63,946 nt of DNA, filler included, from Neolecta irregularis DAH-3 (GCA_001929475.1; 8 parts of 8 records of this genome joined end to end with filler, not necessarily neighbours in it); one strand, 5' to 3'. Numbered from the whole stretch's first letter, positions 49,584-62,967 are shown. The notes: a model not told the origin generated them from the letters alone. Numbers and translations: made by a program.

Positions 49584-52500
49584 GCTGCCAGCGCCTCACT
49601 CGCAGCGCCGCTGGTGCAGCTGCACCTCGACGTGCACGGCCAGCTGTCCGGCCTCGCACTGCACGCAAATCTGCTCGCACTGCCCCTCCGCGCCCCCGGC
49701 TGCCGCTCCTTCCACGTCTTCTACTACCTGCTCGCCGGCGCTACCCCGCAGGAGCGCCAGTTCCTCGTGCTGCTGCCGCCTCACGAATACGCCTATCTCG
49801 CCCAGTCGGGCGCCTATGCCAACCCCGACCCCGCAAAGGACGACGCCGCAAACGCCGACGACCTCAGAGCCGCCCTCAAGTCAATCGGCATCAAGGGCAA
49901 GAAGCTGCAGAGCATCTACCAGATCCTCTCCGGCATCCTGCTCCTGGGCAACGTCAAGATCGCAAACGGCTTCCTGCAAAACGAAGCCGTCCTCGAAGAA
50001 GTCGCCAGCTTGTTCGAGATCGAGCCGGATCGCTTTGCAAAGTTTCTCCACAATGAGCATGTTCGCGATGCCCTCGCTTTGACAATATACGCAAGTCTGT
50101 GGGGCTGGATCGTCAACCTAGTCAACCTCAAGCTCAAACCCGTCGAAGAAACCCAAGCCGTAGTCTCGGTCCTCGAGGTCCCTGCAGCAAACGGCAGCTT
50201 CTGGAAAGCTTATGCTGGCGAAAGAATTCAAAATGAAGTCTTCAAACATGTCTTTACCAATTCGTGCGGTTTAAATAAAGAAATGATCGACGACGGCCTG
50301 GATATCGGAGGTGACATCAAGATCTCGTCCGAGTGCATCGATCTGCTCGAGGAAATCAAAGCAACTCTTGGCCAGGGTGTCTATTCCGGAAACCCGCTGT
50401 ACAAAGACACTGCTGCTGGCTTTGAAGTCACTCATGCCTGCGGACAGCAAAAATACCTCAGAAGCGAGTTCATCGAGTCTCCCACTTTGTTGCCAGAAAT
50501 AGTAGTTCAGGCGGATGAAGGCTCGCTTTTCCGTGATCTTCCAACCCCAAAATTGCGCTCAACAATGGCCGATGAATCGATACAAGTAGTCATGGACATC
50601 ATTGAATCAGCCCGAATGTGGAATGTCGTATGCCTCGATCGGGGAAATTCGTGGGACGCTGCTTATGTTGGCCAACAAGTCCGGTCGTGGTACCTTTGCG
50701 AATGGATCACACGAAAGCGATTTGCAGATTACACCTGTGAATTTCCCCATGCTGAATTTCAAGATCAGTACGCGCCACTATTACAAGGTAATCTCATGGA
50801 GTCGTACCTTTCCTATCGCGGTTTATCCCGCGGTGATGTCAGCGTCGGACGAGAAAGAGTCTGGATGAACGAATCTAGCTGGACACTGCTCGAGGAAGAA
50901 CTCGACTATATTGTCGGCGATTTCGCAGCTTCAACTTCTAATGCAACCCAAAGTTTGCGACGTCCAGAAACGCTCGGAACAGACTCAAGGAGTGCATATC
51001 TCGGTGCGGCCATGCCTACCCGCAACGCAAGCCGTGAAGGCCTTCTCAGGAATATGGCCGATTACGACAAAACTCCCGCCATGTATGACGACAAAGATGT
51101 CGAGCAAGGCAAGTCAGGCAACGTTGTCCAAGAACTACGGACCTCCTTCTCTCGGAGATTCTGGGTCTTTATCACTTGGTCTTGTACATGGTGGATACCC
51201 GCATTCGTCTTGACTCACATCGGAAGAATGAAGCGGCCCGATGTTCGCATGGCCTGGAGAGAGAAGGTGACGCTGTGTATTTTGATTTTCCTCCTTGACG
51301 CCTTTATTATATTTTACATTGTTTTCTTTGGACCTCTTCTTTGTCCGGAATGGGATAAAGTTTGGAATGCCAAGGAAGTCGGCTATCATCAAGGCGACAA
51401 CGATTTCTGGGTCAGTGTTCGTGGTCAAGTTTACGATATTTCCAAATTTTGGCGTCTTCAACATTCTGATACGAACGCGGAAACAACCGCTAGTAACATG
51501 CAACAATTCGCGGGATTGGATTTAACTCCATACTTTCCAGTGCCATTAACGGTAGGATGTCCTGGACTTGTAAAAGATTCCTCAATATTGTTACAGTTCA
51601 ATGACACAATCATCGATTCTTCCGCAGTTCACAATAGTGGCCCACTTCAACAACCTGTTCAAGCCTCTGCCCTGCACGATATAAACTGGTATCCAAACAC
51701 ATTCTTACCCAAAATGAAAACATTTCAAAAAGGCGACCTCGTCGTCGCAAAAAACGAAATCGAATCCCAAGGTCTGGATAATAACAAATACTGGGCCACC
51801 ATCGATAATCATCTCTACGATCTTTCAGATTACTTTTATACCCAGCAAATGTTTGCTGGTGCCGCTTCATACTCCTTCCTGGACTCTAGTGTCGAATCGT
51901 TATTTAAAAACAACCCTGGTGGCGATATTACAGCCGCGTGGAACAACCCTTCAACGATGAACGAGACTGCGCGTACCAACAACTTCAACTGCATAAAGAA
52001 TGTATTCTCTGCAGGTCGTGTCGATTTCAGAAAGTCTGCTCGTTGCCAAGCAAATAATTACATTCTCCTCGGATTCACCATCCTCCTATGTTCCGTCATT
52101 CTTTCAAAATTCTTGGCAGCACTACAATTTGGCTCCAAGAAGCGCCCCGCAATGCAAGATAAGTTTGTCATCTGCCAAATACCAGCATATACTGAAGGAG
52201 AAGACCAGCTGCGCAAGTCGATTGACTCGCTAACCTCTTTGAAATATCATGACCAGCGAAAGTTGCTTTTTATCGTCTGTGATGGTATGATTACTGGCAG
52301 AGGCAATGATCGGCCTACACCACGAATCGTTCTTGATATTCTTGGAGTTGATCCAAAGATAGAACCTCCCGCTCTGCCATTCAAGGTATCTTGTAATGCT
52401 ACTCGACCTAATTACATAGTCTGTCGCGGAAGGATCGAAACAGCTAAATTATGGCAAGGTTTACTCTGGTCTCTACGAATACGAGGGTCGCGTTATCCCG

Positions 52501-53891
52501 TTCCTAGTAGTTGTCAAAGTGGGCGCAAACGAGAAATTTAAACCCGGCAATCGAGGAAAACGAGACAGTCAAGTTATTGTATTCAACTTTTTAAACCGCC
52601 TGTTGCACAAATCTCCAATGACGCCGCTCGAACTCGAAGTATATCACCAGATCAACAATGTGATCGGAGTCAATCCCGATTTCTACGAGTTTCTCCTGAC
52701 GGTGGACGCCGATACAGAGGTCACTGAAGATTCCCTCAACCAATTGGTGGCTGCTTGTGCAAATGACAAATCCATCATAGGCATTTGCGGTGAAACAAGC
52801 TTGCAAAATGAAGATAATTCCTGGTGGACAATGATTCAGGTATACGAGTATTACATTTCTCACCATCTCGCAAAAGCTTTTGAAAGTCTATTTGGCAGTG
52901 TCACTTGTTTGCCAGGATGGTAAACCTTTCCCCTCACTTCAACTTACCCTTAGTTTTTCAATGTACCGTATCAAGAACGATAGAGGCCATCCCATCATTT
53001 GTTCCAGTAGAATCATTGAAGAGTATGCCGATAACCATGTTGATACATTGCACAAGAAAAATTTACTCTCCCTCGGCGAAGACCGATTCTTGACTACGCT
53101 CATGATGAAACACTTTCCAACGATGAAAATGAAATTCGCACCTGATGCATATGCAAAGACTGCTGCTCCAGAAACTTGGGGGGTATTGTTATCTCAGCGT
53201 CGTCGATGGATCAATTCTACCATCCACAACCTAATGGAACTCTGCACCCTCCAAGAGCTCTGTAGTATTTGTTGCTTCTCGATGCGATTTGTGGTATTGA
53301 TTGACCTTTTTGGAACTTTAACATTACCCGCGACGGTTGTATATCTCGGTTATCTAATTTATAGAGTCTCTTCAGGTGGGGGAAGCTTTCCTTTGATTTC
53401 GGTCATTATGTTGGCAGCAGTATATGGACTCCAGGCTATCATCTTCTTGCTCAGGCGACAGTGGCAACATGTAAATGTTCCAACTTGCATACATTCTAAC
53501 TTTGAGATCGGCTGGATGATTATTTATTTACTTGCGTATCCTGTATATTCATTCGCGTTGCCTGTGTATTCGGTATCCTACTCTCTACACTTGTTCTGAC
53601 AACCAGTTCTGGAAGATGGATGATTTTTCTTGGGGAGACACTCGCCGAACCATTGATGAAAAGGCCGGCAAGAAGCTGGTCGTTCAAGAGGAAGGCGACT
53701 TTGATGATTCGATGATCCCGATGAAAACTTGGGATGAATACAACCACGAACTCTTGAATGAAGATATTAGAGCTGAGAGTGTTGCTTCTGGACAAGCCGG
53801 GACTCATTCTAGAATGTCCAGTCATGCAGAATCGGAAATAGGCTCACCCTCATGGTATGGAGGAGCAAGCTTGAAGCGGTATATGGGATAG
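49584..53891 (+). CDS. Chitin synthase with degenerate myosin-motor-like and cytochrome-b5-like domains (class VII/V type); 5' end lost in gap
   Basis: [12 protein letters not shown] myosin-like segment, [38 protein letters not shown] and QRRRW motifs. Confidence 0.94.
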
Positions 53892-53967
53892 TTGGGAATA
53901 TCCTAAGCAGGCTCTACATTGGAATAATGAGAGGGTGTATTGTTTATTTTTCATGAAATTAAATTCC

Positions 53968-54120
53968 CTTATCTATCTCGGATGTAACCCTTTATCTATC
54001 TCGGATGGTATCGAACTCCCTTTCTATCTCGGATGTAACCCTTTATCTATCTCGGATGGTATTGAACTCCCTTTCTATCTCGGATGGTATCGAACTCCAT
54101 TTTACTCAATCTCGGATGGT
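53968..54120 (+). repeat. Compound tandem repeat (ATCTCGGATG core x6; 51-bp higher-order unit)
   Basis: TATCTCGGATGTAACCCT alternates with TATCTCGGATGGTAT(C/T)GAACTCC; the last core overlaps the TPA1 stop region. Confidence 0.85.
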
Positions 54121-55595
54121 ACCTCTTCGAAATCGAACTGTCCAAAGATATCCCATTTACAGCAAAGTGCCAGACTACTAACATATTTCGTAAAACCAAG
54201 CAACCCGGCGTCTCTCATGACTATAGTTAATACATTAAATTCTGGAGTTTGGTTGTGCAAAATCCCCCCTGCGCCAGACTGATAAACGGAAGGGTCACTT
54301 TCTCCTTCATCATCAGTCATATACACCTGATACCCGCCCATATTCCCACTTTCCCACCCTTCAGAGGGTGTAAGATCGAGTACAACTTCGACCAGAGTAT
54401 TACTCTCACTCGTAGCTAATGTATAATCAAGACCAGGCCGGAATTTCCTTGCCAGAACATTGTTTGTCGTGATTTCAAGTCCTGTCACTTCTCGAAGCCA
54501 TATTGTAAAAGCTTTAGAGGTGAATACTTTGACCAAATCTGAGGCGAAATGATCGAAATCATTGCGTTGATAGAGATAACGATGCTTCGTAGGCGGTGTG
54601 GCAGTAGACCAAGGTTTGATTAGGTTTCCTTCTTCAACAATCTTCATTTTCATTGCCTGAGCAATTTCTTCATTGAGGAATCCATCAATGCGAATAATAC
54701 TGTCGTCGCAGAATCTACTGCAGAGTTTTTGTTTAGAATCTTCTAATAACAGAACGTCATTGATCCAATTTTCCAAGGCTAGCTCCGATTCAACACATTG
54801 CTCAAATGTTGGCTTTGGCTCGTCTAGTGCTCCTCGTTCCCTGATTGAATTCAGCGAACTCCCAAAGGTTTCTTCTTTAGGCCCATGGAACCAGCCACTG
54901 ATCGCCATTCGATCTTGATCTACCAGTATCTCCTCGACATCATGAAACGATTTACCCGGTGTCACTGAAAAAAGGCAGATTCGGTTCCACAAGGGCGAGA
55001 TTGTCTTGCACCACATGGTTTCCGGATGCCCATGCGTGACAGTATCGTACAGTCTCAAGGCACCACCGTACTCCGGCTTCCAATCCTGGGCAAGGTACAA
55101 AATATAGCTGACCTTTCTAGTTCCGATCACATCGTCGTGGGTCAACAAGTGGCAGCCTTTCGAGTATAAATTGATGCTCATATCCACGGAATCATTCAAT
55201 TCACCACAAGAAGTGATAGTCTGGACAAATTCACGAAACTGGGACGAGTAGAGGGCGGCCCGTAGTTTTAGTAGCGCGGGGAGCTTTTGCGCGTCTGCGA
55301 CAGACAGAGCTGAAAGATTCGCGAGGTCGACGGTTTGCCCGACTCTATAAATGTCTGTTTCCTTGGATTCAAAGGTTATGTGAGTAAGAACTTCTTTTTT
55401 GGCCGCAGCCAACAAGGTGGGGTTCGCGAGTGAGTCGATTACACAGTGCTTGAACCTGGAATTAGCAAGGCTCACATCAGCCGTAGCGTAATACGGCACC
55501 GATGCGGCGTACAGAGCCGCCCGTGAATCCGCAGACTGCAGCAGCCCAGGGGAAAATGCCTCAGCCGTGGAGAGAGGCGGCGGCGACGGCGACAT
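54102..55595 (-). CDS. TPA1: uS12 prolyl hydroxylase Tpa1/Ofd1 (2OG-Fe(II) dioxygenase)
   Basis: KETDIY..QT.DLANL, HLLTHDDVIG, YGGALRL, SFHDVEE, ISGWFH, ARKFRPGLDYTLA; one in-frame 39-nt intron. Confidence 0.94.
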   Translation of the reverse strand: MSPSPPPLSTAEAFSPGLLQSADSRAALYAASVPYYATADVSLANSRFKHCVIDSLANPTLLAAAKKEVLTHITFESKETDIYRVGQTVDLANLSALSVADAQKLPALLKLRAALYSSQFREFVQTITSCGELNDSVDMSINLYSKGCHLLTHDDVIGTRKVSYILYLAQDWKPEYGGALRLYDTVTHGHPETMWCKTISPLWNRICLFSVTPGKSFHDVEEILVDQDRMAISGWFHGPKEETFGSSLNSIRERGALDEPKPTFEQCVESELALENWINDVLLLEDSKQKLCSRFCDDSIIRIDGFLNEEIAQAMKMKIVEEGNLIKPWSTATPPTKHRYLYQRNDFDHFASDLVKVFTSKAFTIWLREVTGLEITTNNVLARKFRPGLDYTLATSESNTLVEVVLDLTPSEGWESGNMGGYQVYMTDDEGESDPSVYQSGAGGILHNQTPEFNVLTIVMRDAGLLGFTKYVSSLALCCKWDIFGQFDFEEVPSEIE

Positions 55596-55750
55596 ACCGT
55601 TTAGTGATCCGGCTTGGTGGAAATAATAAAAAGTAAAAACTGTTTCATACCGACTCATGATATCTACATGAACACATAAACTCCATTATTGACCTACTAC
55701 AACCACCATAAATCCCAGAGAAATTCTCCCATTATGCTCCTTAAGTAACA

Positions 55751-58700
55751 TCAACGTCGAGCAGCGCTTCCTGAGACCCGGTGGCCCTGCTTGTCTTTCG
55801 TTGTAATCATCTCTCTAGGCTTTTTAAAACACAGAAAATGAGTCTAATTCATCTTAGCAGAAACAAGGAGAGCATGCCTACCGAAGTCGATTTTCTACTG
55901 CTCACAAGAACTTTCTTAACGTTGGCCAACTCCGCTGTCAGGTCTTCGTTCAGAGTGGGCCCAATCTGGTACGCTTGTTCGATAGTCTGGTATATCATCT
56001 GGAGTGTATCTGAAGCCTTTTGAGAGACATAGTAGTTTAGGGTTTGATGGAAGAATTCGACTTCAAGTGTAGCTTGTAACATACCTCCCATTCCGAATGA
56101 AAGGACTTTTCGAAAGCATTGGAGAATCTCGTGAGTCAAGTGTTCTAATAAGAACTGCAAAACACGCTGAACCAAGCTAGGAGTAACAGTGGAAACTTGC
56201 GAGTGGACCAAAACTAGGGAGAATAGTGCTTCAAACACGTACGAGCGAACTTCTAAGACAAATTAATCTTTATTTATAGAGAGCGTTACCAGTCGGTTTA
56301 CCCATTTCCAGCCAATCGACTAATGGCCTTAGTATGCCGGAGCGAACTGTTTCAGCGATAGCAGACATTTTTCTCTTTGTGAATTCGTGAAATAATTTAA
56401 CATCTAGCTGTTGTAGTGAGCTGTTTAGCGTTTTGATGTCGTCTGTCATGCTAATAACCGTAGCATTCTCAAACTGATTAATTAATTTGGGAATAATATT
56501 GTTTTTCAAGAGCGCAATATTGCTTATGGCCAACAGGATACGAGTTTCCTAGAATCGGTTTGATTTCTAGTGAAGACATACCGACTCTGAGATATCAACT
56601 CTACGCTCATCGCCTACGATGGCGAGATCCAATCGACTTGAAGATCGAGGTTCCACTGCATTTGTTGCGAGGGCAAGCTTGTAAACACTCTCAAATGCAA
56701 CGTACAACGAGCCAAGAAACTGTGACTTGAGAAATGCCACCAAGGATGGCGACGGAGGTGCCTAAAGTAAATAATCGTAGTGAATAGTAGACAGGTACCA
56801 CAACTGTATTCAAAGCGGGATGTTTGCTTCCCTCTGCAACTACGACAGCCTTTTGCAGACCGGCTACGACTCGTCTTTCAAACGCATGGAATTTGGCAGG
56901 GAATTCTGTAACGTCCGGATCGTCCTTTGCACGAATCCAATCTTCGAGCAAGCGCGCTTGTTTGGCATCTAGGTGTTTAAAGATATATTCGTCACTGCTT
57001 ATTTTACCTCTTTGCCAAGCTTGACATATGGCTCTGGTGCACCGATCTCTCACCTTGGAAATCATTGACCGATAGAGTTCTATAACATGGGGTGTGGGTT
57101 TAAGCGCAGCAATTTCCATAGCCATATCTGCGAGACTATTGAGCAAGGCGGGAAGAACGATCGTGGCACCAACAACAGAGGCGTGAGGTGGAAGAAACGC
57201 AAATTCAGTAGGCATTGGAACGGAACCTGTTGTCGCTTCCTCTTCCTCCTCCTGAATTGAAGGTATCTCGGCAGTCGGTAAAGCAATAGGTGGATTACAA
57301 AATATCTCACTGATGGTATTCGCGAGAAGAAGTAATAAATCTTCTGCCATCGATTGACACCGAAGCGTCTCTTTTTCCGTCAACTTGTGATGTTTTTTTG
57401 ATCTCGCTTGGGGCCCAAGGGGAAGAGACTATGATATGAGTACGCATCTTTGGGTGACCCACTATTTGAGCTCTGCCTTGTACGAATGTCATGGCTGTTT
57501 TCCAAAAATCGATGGGACCTCGAGCCAAAGACTTTGTGATCTCTCGTACCATTTCTGTAACCGCGTCCCACATGTTATTGATTGGTAAGGGATCAAATTT
57601 TGCAACATTGGATTTTCGAGATGCTAACAAGAGATACGCGGTGACATCTTCATTAGACGGAGTCCTTCGTGTCAAGAGCTTCTGTCGAATCGCTAAACTG
57701 TTAGAGATTACGACTTGAGGGCATACTTTCAATGTTAATTCGATGTTTATTGGTCACATCTTTAATTTTTTGCGTCAGATGGGAATACTGAGCTTGAAGG
57801 AAAAACCAAATAGGATTGTCATTGATGCCCAGTTCCAGGAGTGTTCTATGTGTGAGTGTTTGCGGAAATTCAGGATATACCCAATAATCCTGAGATGTTC
57901 TGCATTGCTTCGTGTAGGATCTCGAAGTCTAGTCCATAAGGTTTCGGTAAAGTTGCCAGTGACACGTTCTACTTCTCCCCAGACTTTTTCAAACACCCGT
58001 CTCTGACTATTGCCGGAAGGAAACCGAGAGACATCTTGCTTGTACTCCTCGAATAACATTTCGCCCTTTTGGTATTCCCGAACAAAAGCTGCGTGATCGT
58101 TCTAGAGGCCGTCAAATAACAAAAGAACTAGGAATAGATATACTTTCGCCGCATGTCCCATTAATGAAGGGGGCATATTAAAAAAGGATTTGTAGCGTTC
58201 AAGGACTGACAAAGCAGCCCGTAGACGATCGGCTTTTGTTTTATTCTCCAAAATCGGCTGAAAAATAAGGTTTGCATTGGCTTTGGCATCTGAAAAATCA
58301 TTAGATAAAGGCACTGAGCGTCTCTAACCGGCTATGATATTCTTAAGCGGACCCACTCCATAATCCTTCTCCCTATTCAAAGTGGCGGCCCGCATTTCGT
58401 TGTAAACAGTATCAATGGTTGTCTTTGCGGTGACAAATCGATCAAAGTTGTTTTCAACAAGACCTCGCAGGGCTTCTGATCGCAGATCGATCGACCTGTT
58501 TAGTATCTCTAATCCTTGCTCTAATTCCAGAAATGTAGAGTCTGAATGAACGTCCCGTAAATAATCTCTCGGGGAGAAGTTCTTGGAAGATATTGTATAT
58601 TTTGCGCCTTCTCGTGTTAACAAAGTGGCCGAAAAAGGGTTGTCAGTACGCAAGTCAAGCTGTTTGTCTACGGGCAAGCCCTTGAGACGGAGAATCCTAA

Positions 58701-58953
58701 CATTTAGCAGAGAACATTGGAATATCGCATGCTCCATCGGACTTTCTATATCGCCCAGAGGATCGGGCTCGTTACTGGACAAAGTCTCACCATCTATTGG
58801 GCCTCCAGCCAAGCCAAGAGGAAAGCCGTTTTTGCGACCGTCGCCGAGATCATTCTGTGCGCTTGTCGGATCCTGCCAAAGATCTGGTTCCAAATTGTTG
58901 ATCCGATAGAATTTGAATAGCGCATTCGCCTGCTCGGGGTCGTGGATGTCCAT
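55751..58953 (-). CDS. SEC5: Exocyst subunit Sec5/EXOC2
   Basis: EPDPLG, SSKNFSP..YLRDVH, LVENNFDRFV.AK.TID, FGMGGMLQATLEVEF; about 12 introns including GC-AG 58732-58697. Confidence 0.93.
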
Positions 58954-59029
58954 CAGTCTGGGACCTATTTGTTGGTGTGGGGTCACGATAGCGATAAGTC
59001 ACGGAAAGATATAAACCATCGCACTCCTC

Positions 59030-60141
59030 ATGGCCGAAGAGATCCCAGACGATTGTTGGAGCCTGGTACACGATGCGCATTGCCACCCAACAGATTCCAT
59101 GGGGTCTATAGAAAAGATATCCGAGATGAAGACTCAGACACTCTGCATTATGGCCACGCACTCCACGGATCAGCAGCTGGTAGCCGAGACAGTTGACCGT
59201 TTTCCCGAGAAAGTAATCGCAAGCTTTGGGCTGCACGTTCGCAATTGCCCGAATTGGTCTTACGAAATAGACACCCGTGGTTTACTCACATGTATTACAT
59301 TGACTCTCCGCCGGAGTCGAAATTAGCGCACTACAACCAAATACTCCAACCTAGTCCCGATGACAAATTCATAGACATGCTGCCTGCTCCAATATCCTTC
59401 CAAGAACACCTTGAAGAGATGAGACGAAATCTCAAGACATACCCATCGGCATTTGTGGGAGAAATTGGGTTGGATCGATCATTTCGAATCCCTCACCCTA
59501 CAGAGATGGGCAGGCATCCGAATCGGGGTGCGTTGACAAATTTCAGAGTAGACATGCAGCATCAAGCACGGATATTGGAGGCACAACTTACTCTTGCAGC
59601 CGAGTTGGATCGGTCTGTGAGCATCCATGGGGTACAGGCACACGGTGTTTTGTTTCAGACAGTGTCGAGCCTATGGAAAGGGTACGAACGGCCATCAAAA
59701 TCGAAGAGGCGGAAACAGAAGCAGCAACGACAGCATGATTTTGGGCAGGAAGATGGCAGAGAGAACATATCAAGAACCGTTCCATACCCCCGACGAATAT
59801 GTCTGCACAGCTATTCAGGGCCTGTTGAGCAAATTCGGATTTGGACGAGCGATTCTGTGCCATGCGAGGTATACTTTTCCTTTTCGACAACGATCAATGA
59901 GCGGAATGCCAGGTGGGCTGCTGTGGTGGAAGCTGTTCCGGCATCCCGGCTACTCGTGGAGAGCGATTGGCACGAGGCAGGTAAGGAGATGGAGAAATTG
60001 GAAGCAGCAGCGGTGCAGGCTCTTGCACAGATGCGCGCATGGCCGGTGCGTGTCGCGCTGCAGCAGCTAGCCACGAACTGGGCGCGGTTTGTTGGCAGTA
60101 CACGCGTTTCACAGTCATCATCCCAAGACCTCGAGGTATAA
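59030..60141 (+). CDS. TatD-family metallohydrolase (Scn1-like)
   Basis: DAHCHP, FGLHPWF (after GC-AG intron 59233-59270), VGEIGLD, SIHGVQAHG, CLHSYSG, LVESD. Confidence 0.92.
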
Positions 60142-61400
60142 CACGGGGGGTAATTTCCATTATTACGAGAAGGATTTGGGAGTACGAACTCGGGACCAAA
60201 AAAGGAGGGCGGGGTAATTGTCTTTAGATCGTGAGAGAGAGCAAAAAGGGGGGAATGCAAGGGTTTCTATTAAGCGACGGCGTGCTGGAATGACTGAGGC
60301 TACAGGCCAGGGAAAATTATTGTGAGTTAATAATGCGGGGAGGTTGAGGGAAGTTTGGATATAACTAAGGTCGACTTGGTCGCACAAGCCTGGTCGCACA
60401 CGTGCAGGTAGTAAGAAATAACTCGGATACATTTCAGGTCGCATGCAGAAGCGAGGGTCGTGACAATTGTAGGGCAGGTCGGATAAGGAAAACGAGGCAG
60501 AGTAGGCCTCTGCCTGAATTAATCGATGGACGGGTAATCCAGATCACTTGTTGGTGTCCCGTATTCGACCGAGCAAATACGTAGATTGTCTCAGCGGCTG
60601 CGGATGTAGTCTGTAGGAGGCAAGTAAAATAAGATTCTATCTTAAGTATTGTGTACTTGGCTAGGTATAGGAATCTGCTCCTTTTATACCTGCCGCCATA
60701 TTATCCGATGCCTACTTGTACGGTGCACCCTTGGGTGTATCCCTACCCGGGGCCAGCAGCCAGAGGCGATGAAACAAGACGCAATCTTCACAGCCGAAAC
60801 TCACCCACACCAACCAACCATCTATGGGATCTCCAATCTGGGGGCAACCACGGAAACAGAAGGGCGCTGTTAACGGGGACAGAACACAGCACACTCCTGT
60901 CGGGCAATTGCTATCATGCTAGGAAAAGGGGGCGAGATATGAAACATGGGCGCGATAGCCTGCAGGAGACAGGGTTCAAGAAACCCTAGCTTCTCGCGCA
61001 ACCCAATACTCTCCCGCATATACGACAATCCACCGCGTGCTCCTGGTTGAGGCTGTGTTGTCTAGTCCTTCTGATGCTGCTTGTGGAGAGCGAGGGCAGA
61101 AGCATGGGGCGTCTTCTTCGGCAGCATACACGCCAAGGGTGGTGTGCATGTGTGCCCGGCTGTGGCTGCCGCTTCCGGGTCAGCGCGCACGTGACCAGGC
61201 GGCACGCGCGTGAAGGAGCGGCCNNNNNNNNNNGCAGAAATAGTAGTTCAGGCGGATGAAGGCTCGCTTTTCCGTGATCTTCCAACCCCAAAATTGCGCT
61301 NNNNNNNNNNNNNNNNNNNNNNNNNNNNNNNNNNNNNNNNNNNNTTAATTAATTAANNNNNNNNNNNNNNNNNNNNNNNNNNNNNNNNNNNNNNNNNNNN

Positions 61401-61575
61401 GAATGAATTTGATATGGTAGCTGAAGTCCAATGAGTACCACTTCATCTTCTAAGATATTGATCACTCACATCAAGTAGCCCTGAGTGATGCAAGGAAGGC
61501 TACGTTCAGAATCATGTAAGGAGACATGTAGTACAGAAACACTTGTGCACGATTCTGATGGGATTGCGCCTATAT
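61401..61575 (+). repeat. 175-bp direct repeat of 63477-63651 (2 mismatches)
   Basis: Direct comparison of the two copies; the first is bounded by gaps on both sides. Confidence 0.85.
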
Positions 61576-62180
61576 NNNNNNNNNNCGGACCGAAATATGC
61601 CAAGTCTGTCGGTGATACATAATTGATCACATAATTTGCAATCGGCAAATCCGGGATGGCTTTACTTGTGCCATTTCTTGAGTCATGCGAGTAAGCACGG
61701 GTTACTCAGCGTTTGAGAGAAATCCCTTAAGCTTGATGTTGCCCATCCTGGGGCATTTTGGAAACTGCTGTTTGAGACTATGACTGCAGTTTCAAAAGTC
61801 TTGGCTTTCAGTGAGTGCATGTACTGAAGTGGCTAGCGGCCTTGAGACTAGGAGCACAAATAAGGCTTTACCTTTCATGTACAAATGTACTCCTACAACG
61901 TGACTGGAGAACGACGCCAGCTTCCAAGAGACTGCATATCTCATAAGGCCAGAACATGTGAGATGAACAAGTAGAAGCTGTCTTTGTGAATTCGGAATGG
62001 AATAGCCATGTGAACTGCATGCCCGCAAAAAACCGGGAATAAGGGATTGTTTCATGGTTTAAAACCAGTAAAAAACTTCGTCCTCCTTTGCTAAGACCAT
62101 TGCAAGGTCCTAATAGAATAGGCATACTAATGCTCAAAAATACAAGGTGATACACAATCACTTCATTATGCTATTTTGTT

Positions 62181-62967
62181 CTACGTCTTTGATTTCTTCA
62201 CTGCTGGTTCCTCGGGTTTCAGTCCGAAGCGCTCAGCCCGCTTTCTCGCCTTTTCAGCCTCGATGGGATCATGCAAAATTCCAGATGGAGGCTTCGAAGG
62301 GGTTGTTTTTTTTGCTGCTACAGGGGAAGAGTTCATTGTTTTCTCGGTTCCTGAAATATTACTTTGAATACAGGGCAAAATAATATACCAAACCTGGCTG
62401 CTCTTTCCATCGCTTTTTCCGCGTCACTTTTTGGTATTCCAAAACGCTCAGCGCGTTTTTTTCTCCGATCTTGTTCGAGTTCGGCAGTTGATTTGGCCTT
62501 CTCATTGGTTGCCGTTCCAGATTCCTGGGGTTTCGGGAATGAGTCTGAAATTTTATTGAATTTGAATCCAGATGGTTTTGAGATATTGTCTTTGGATTTC
62601 GAATTATCTGTAACAGACGAAGTTGGTCTTGACCGATTAACGAACGCCGCTATAAGAATGCGTACTTTGCCTCTACAAATGTCGAAGTGTCCTTGATCGA
62701 ATTGTTGGATTCCGTTTCCACATGTTCCTTTGCCTCGATGTATCTCTCTTCGTGTGTATCATCGTCAAAATCAAAGTCTTCATCAGGGGCAGCGAAATCG
62801 TCGAGCTGGGCACCTTTATGAACCTGCGCTGGAGAAACGCGGCCTCTCTTTCGATCATCCTGAGTCAGTCGAGCAATCAATTCATCCTTCTTTCCGGAAA
62901 TAGACAAAGAACGTCCCTGGAGTTTGTCTTTCAGATCCTGAACTTTGAGCTTCGAGTAGTCGGACAT
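62181..62967 (-). CDS. THO1: SAP-domain RNA-binding protein Tho1/Mlo1/SARNP
   Basis: MSDYSKLKVQDLKDKLQGRSLSISGKKDELIARL (SAP) and repeated RAERFG/RAARFG motifs. Confidence 0.88.

Noticed and set aside
61234-61300. About 65-bp copy of chitin synthase sequence (50495-50559)
   Set aside because: A tiny fragment between two gaps, essentially identical to the original; likely misplaced reads rather than gene capture.
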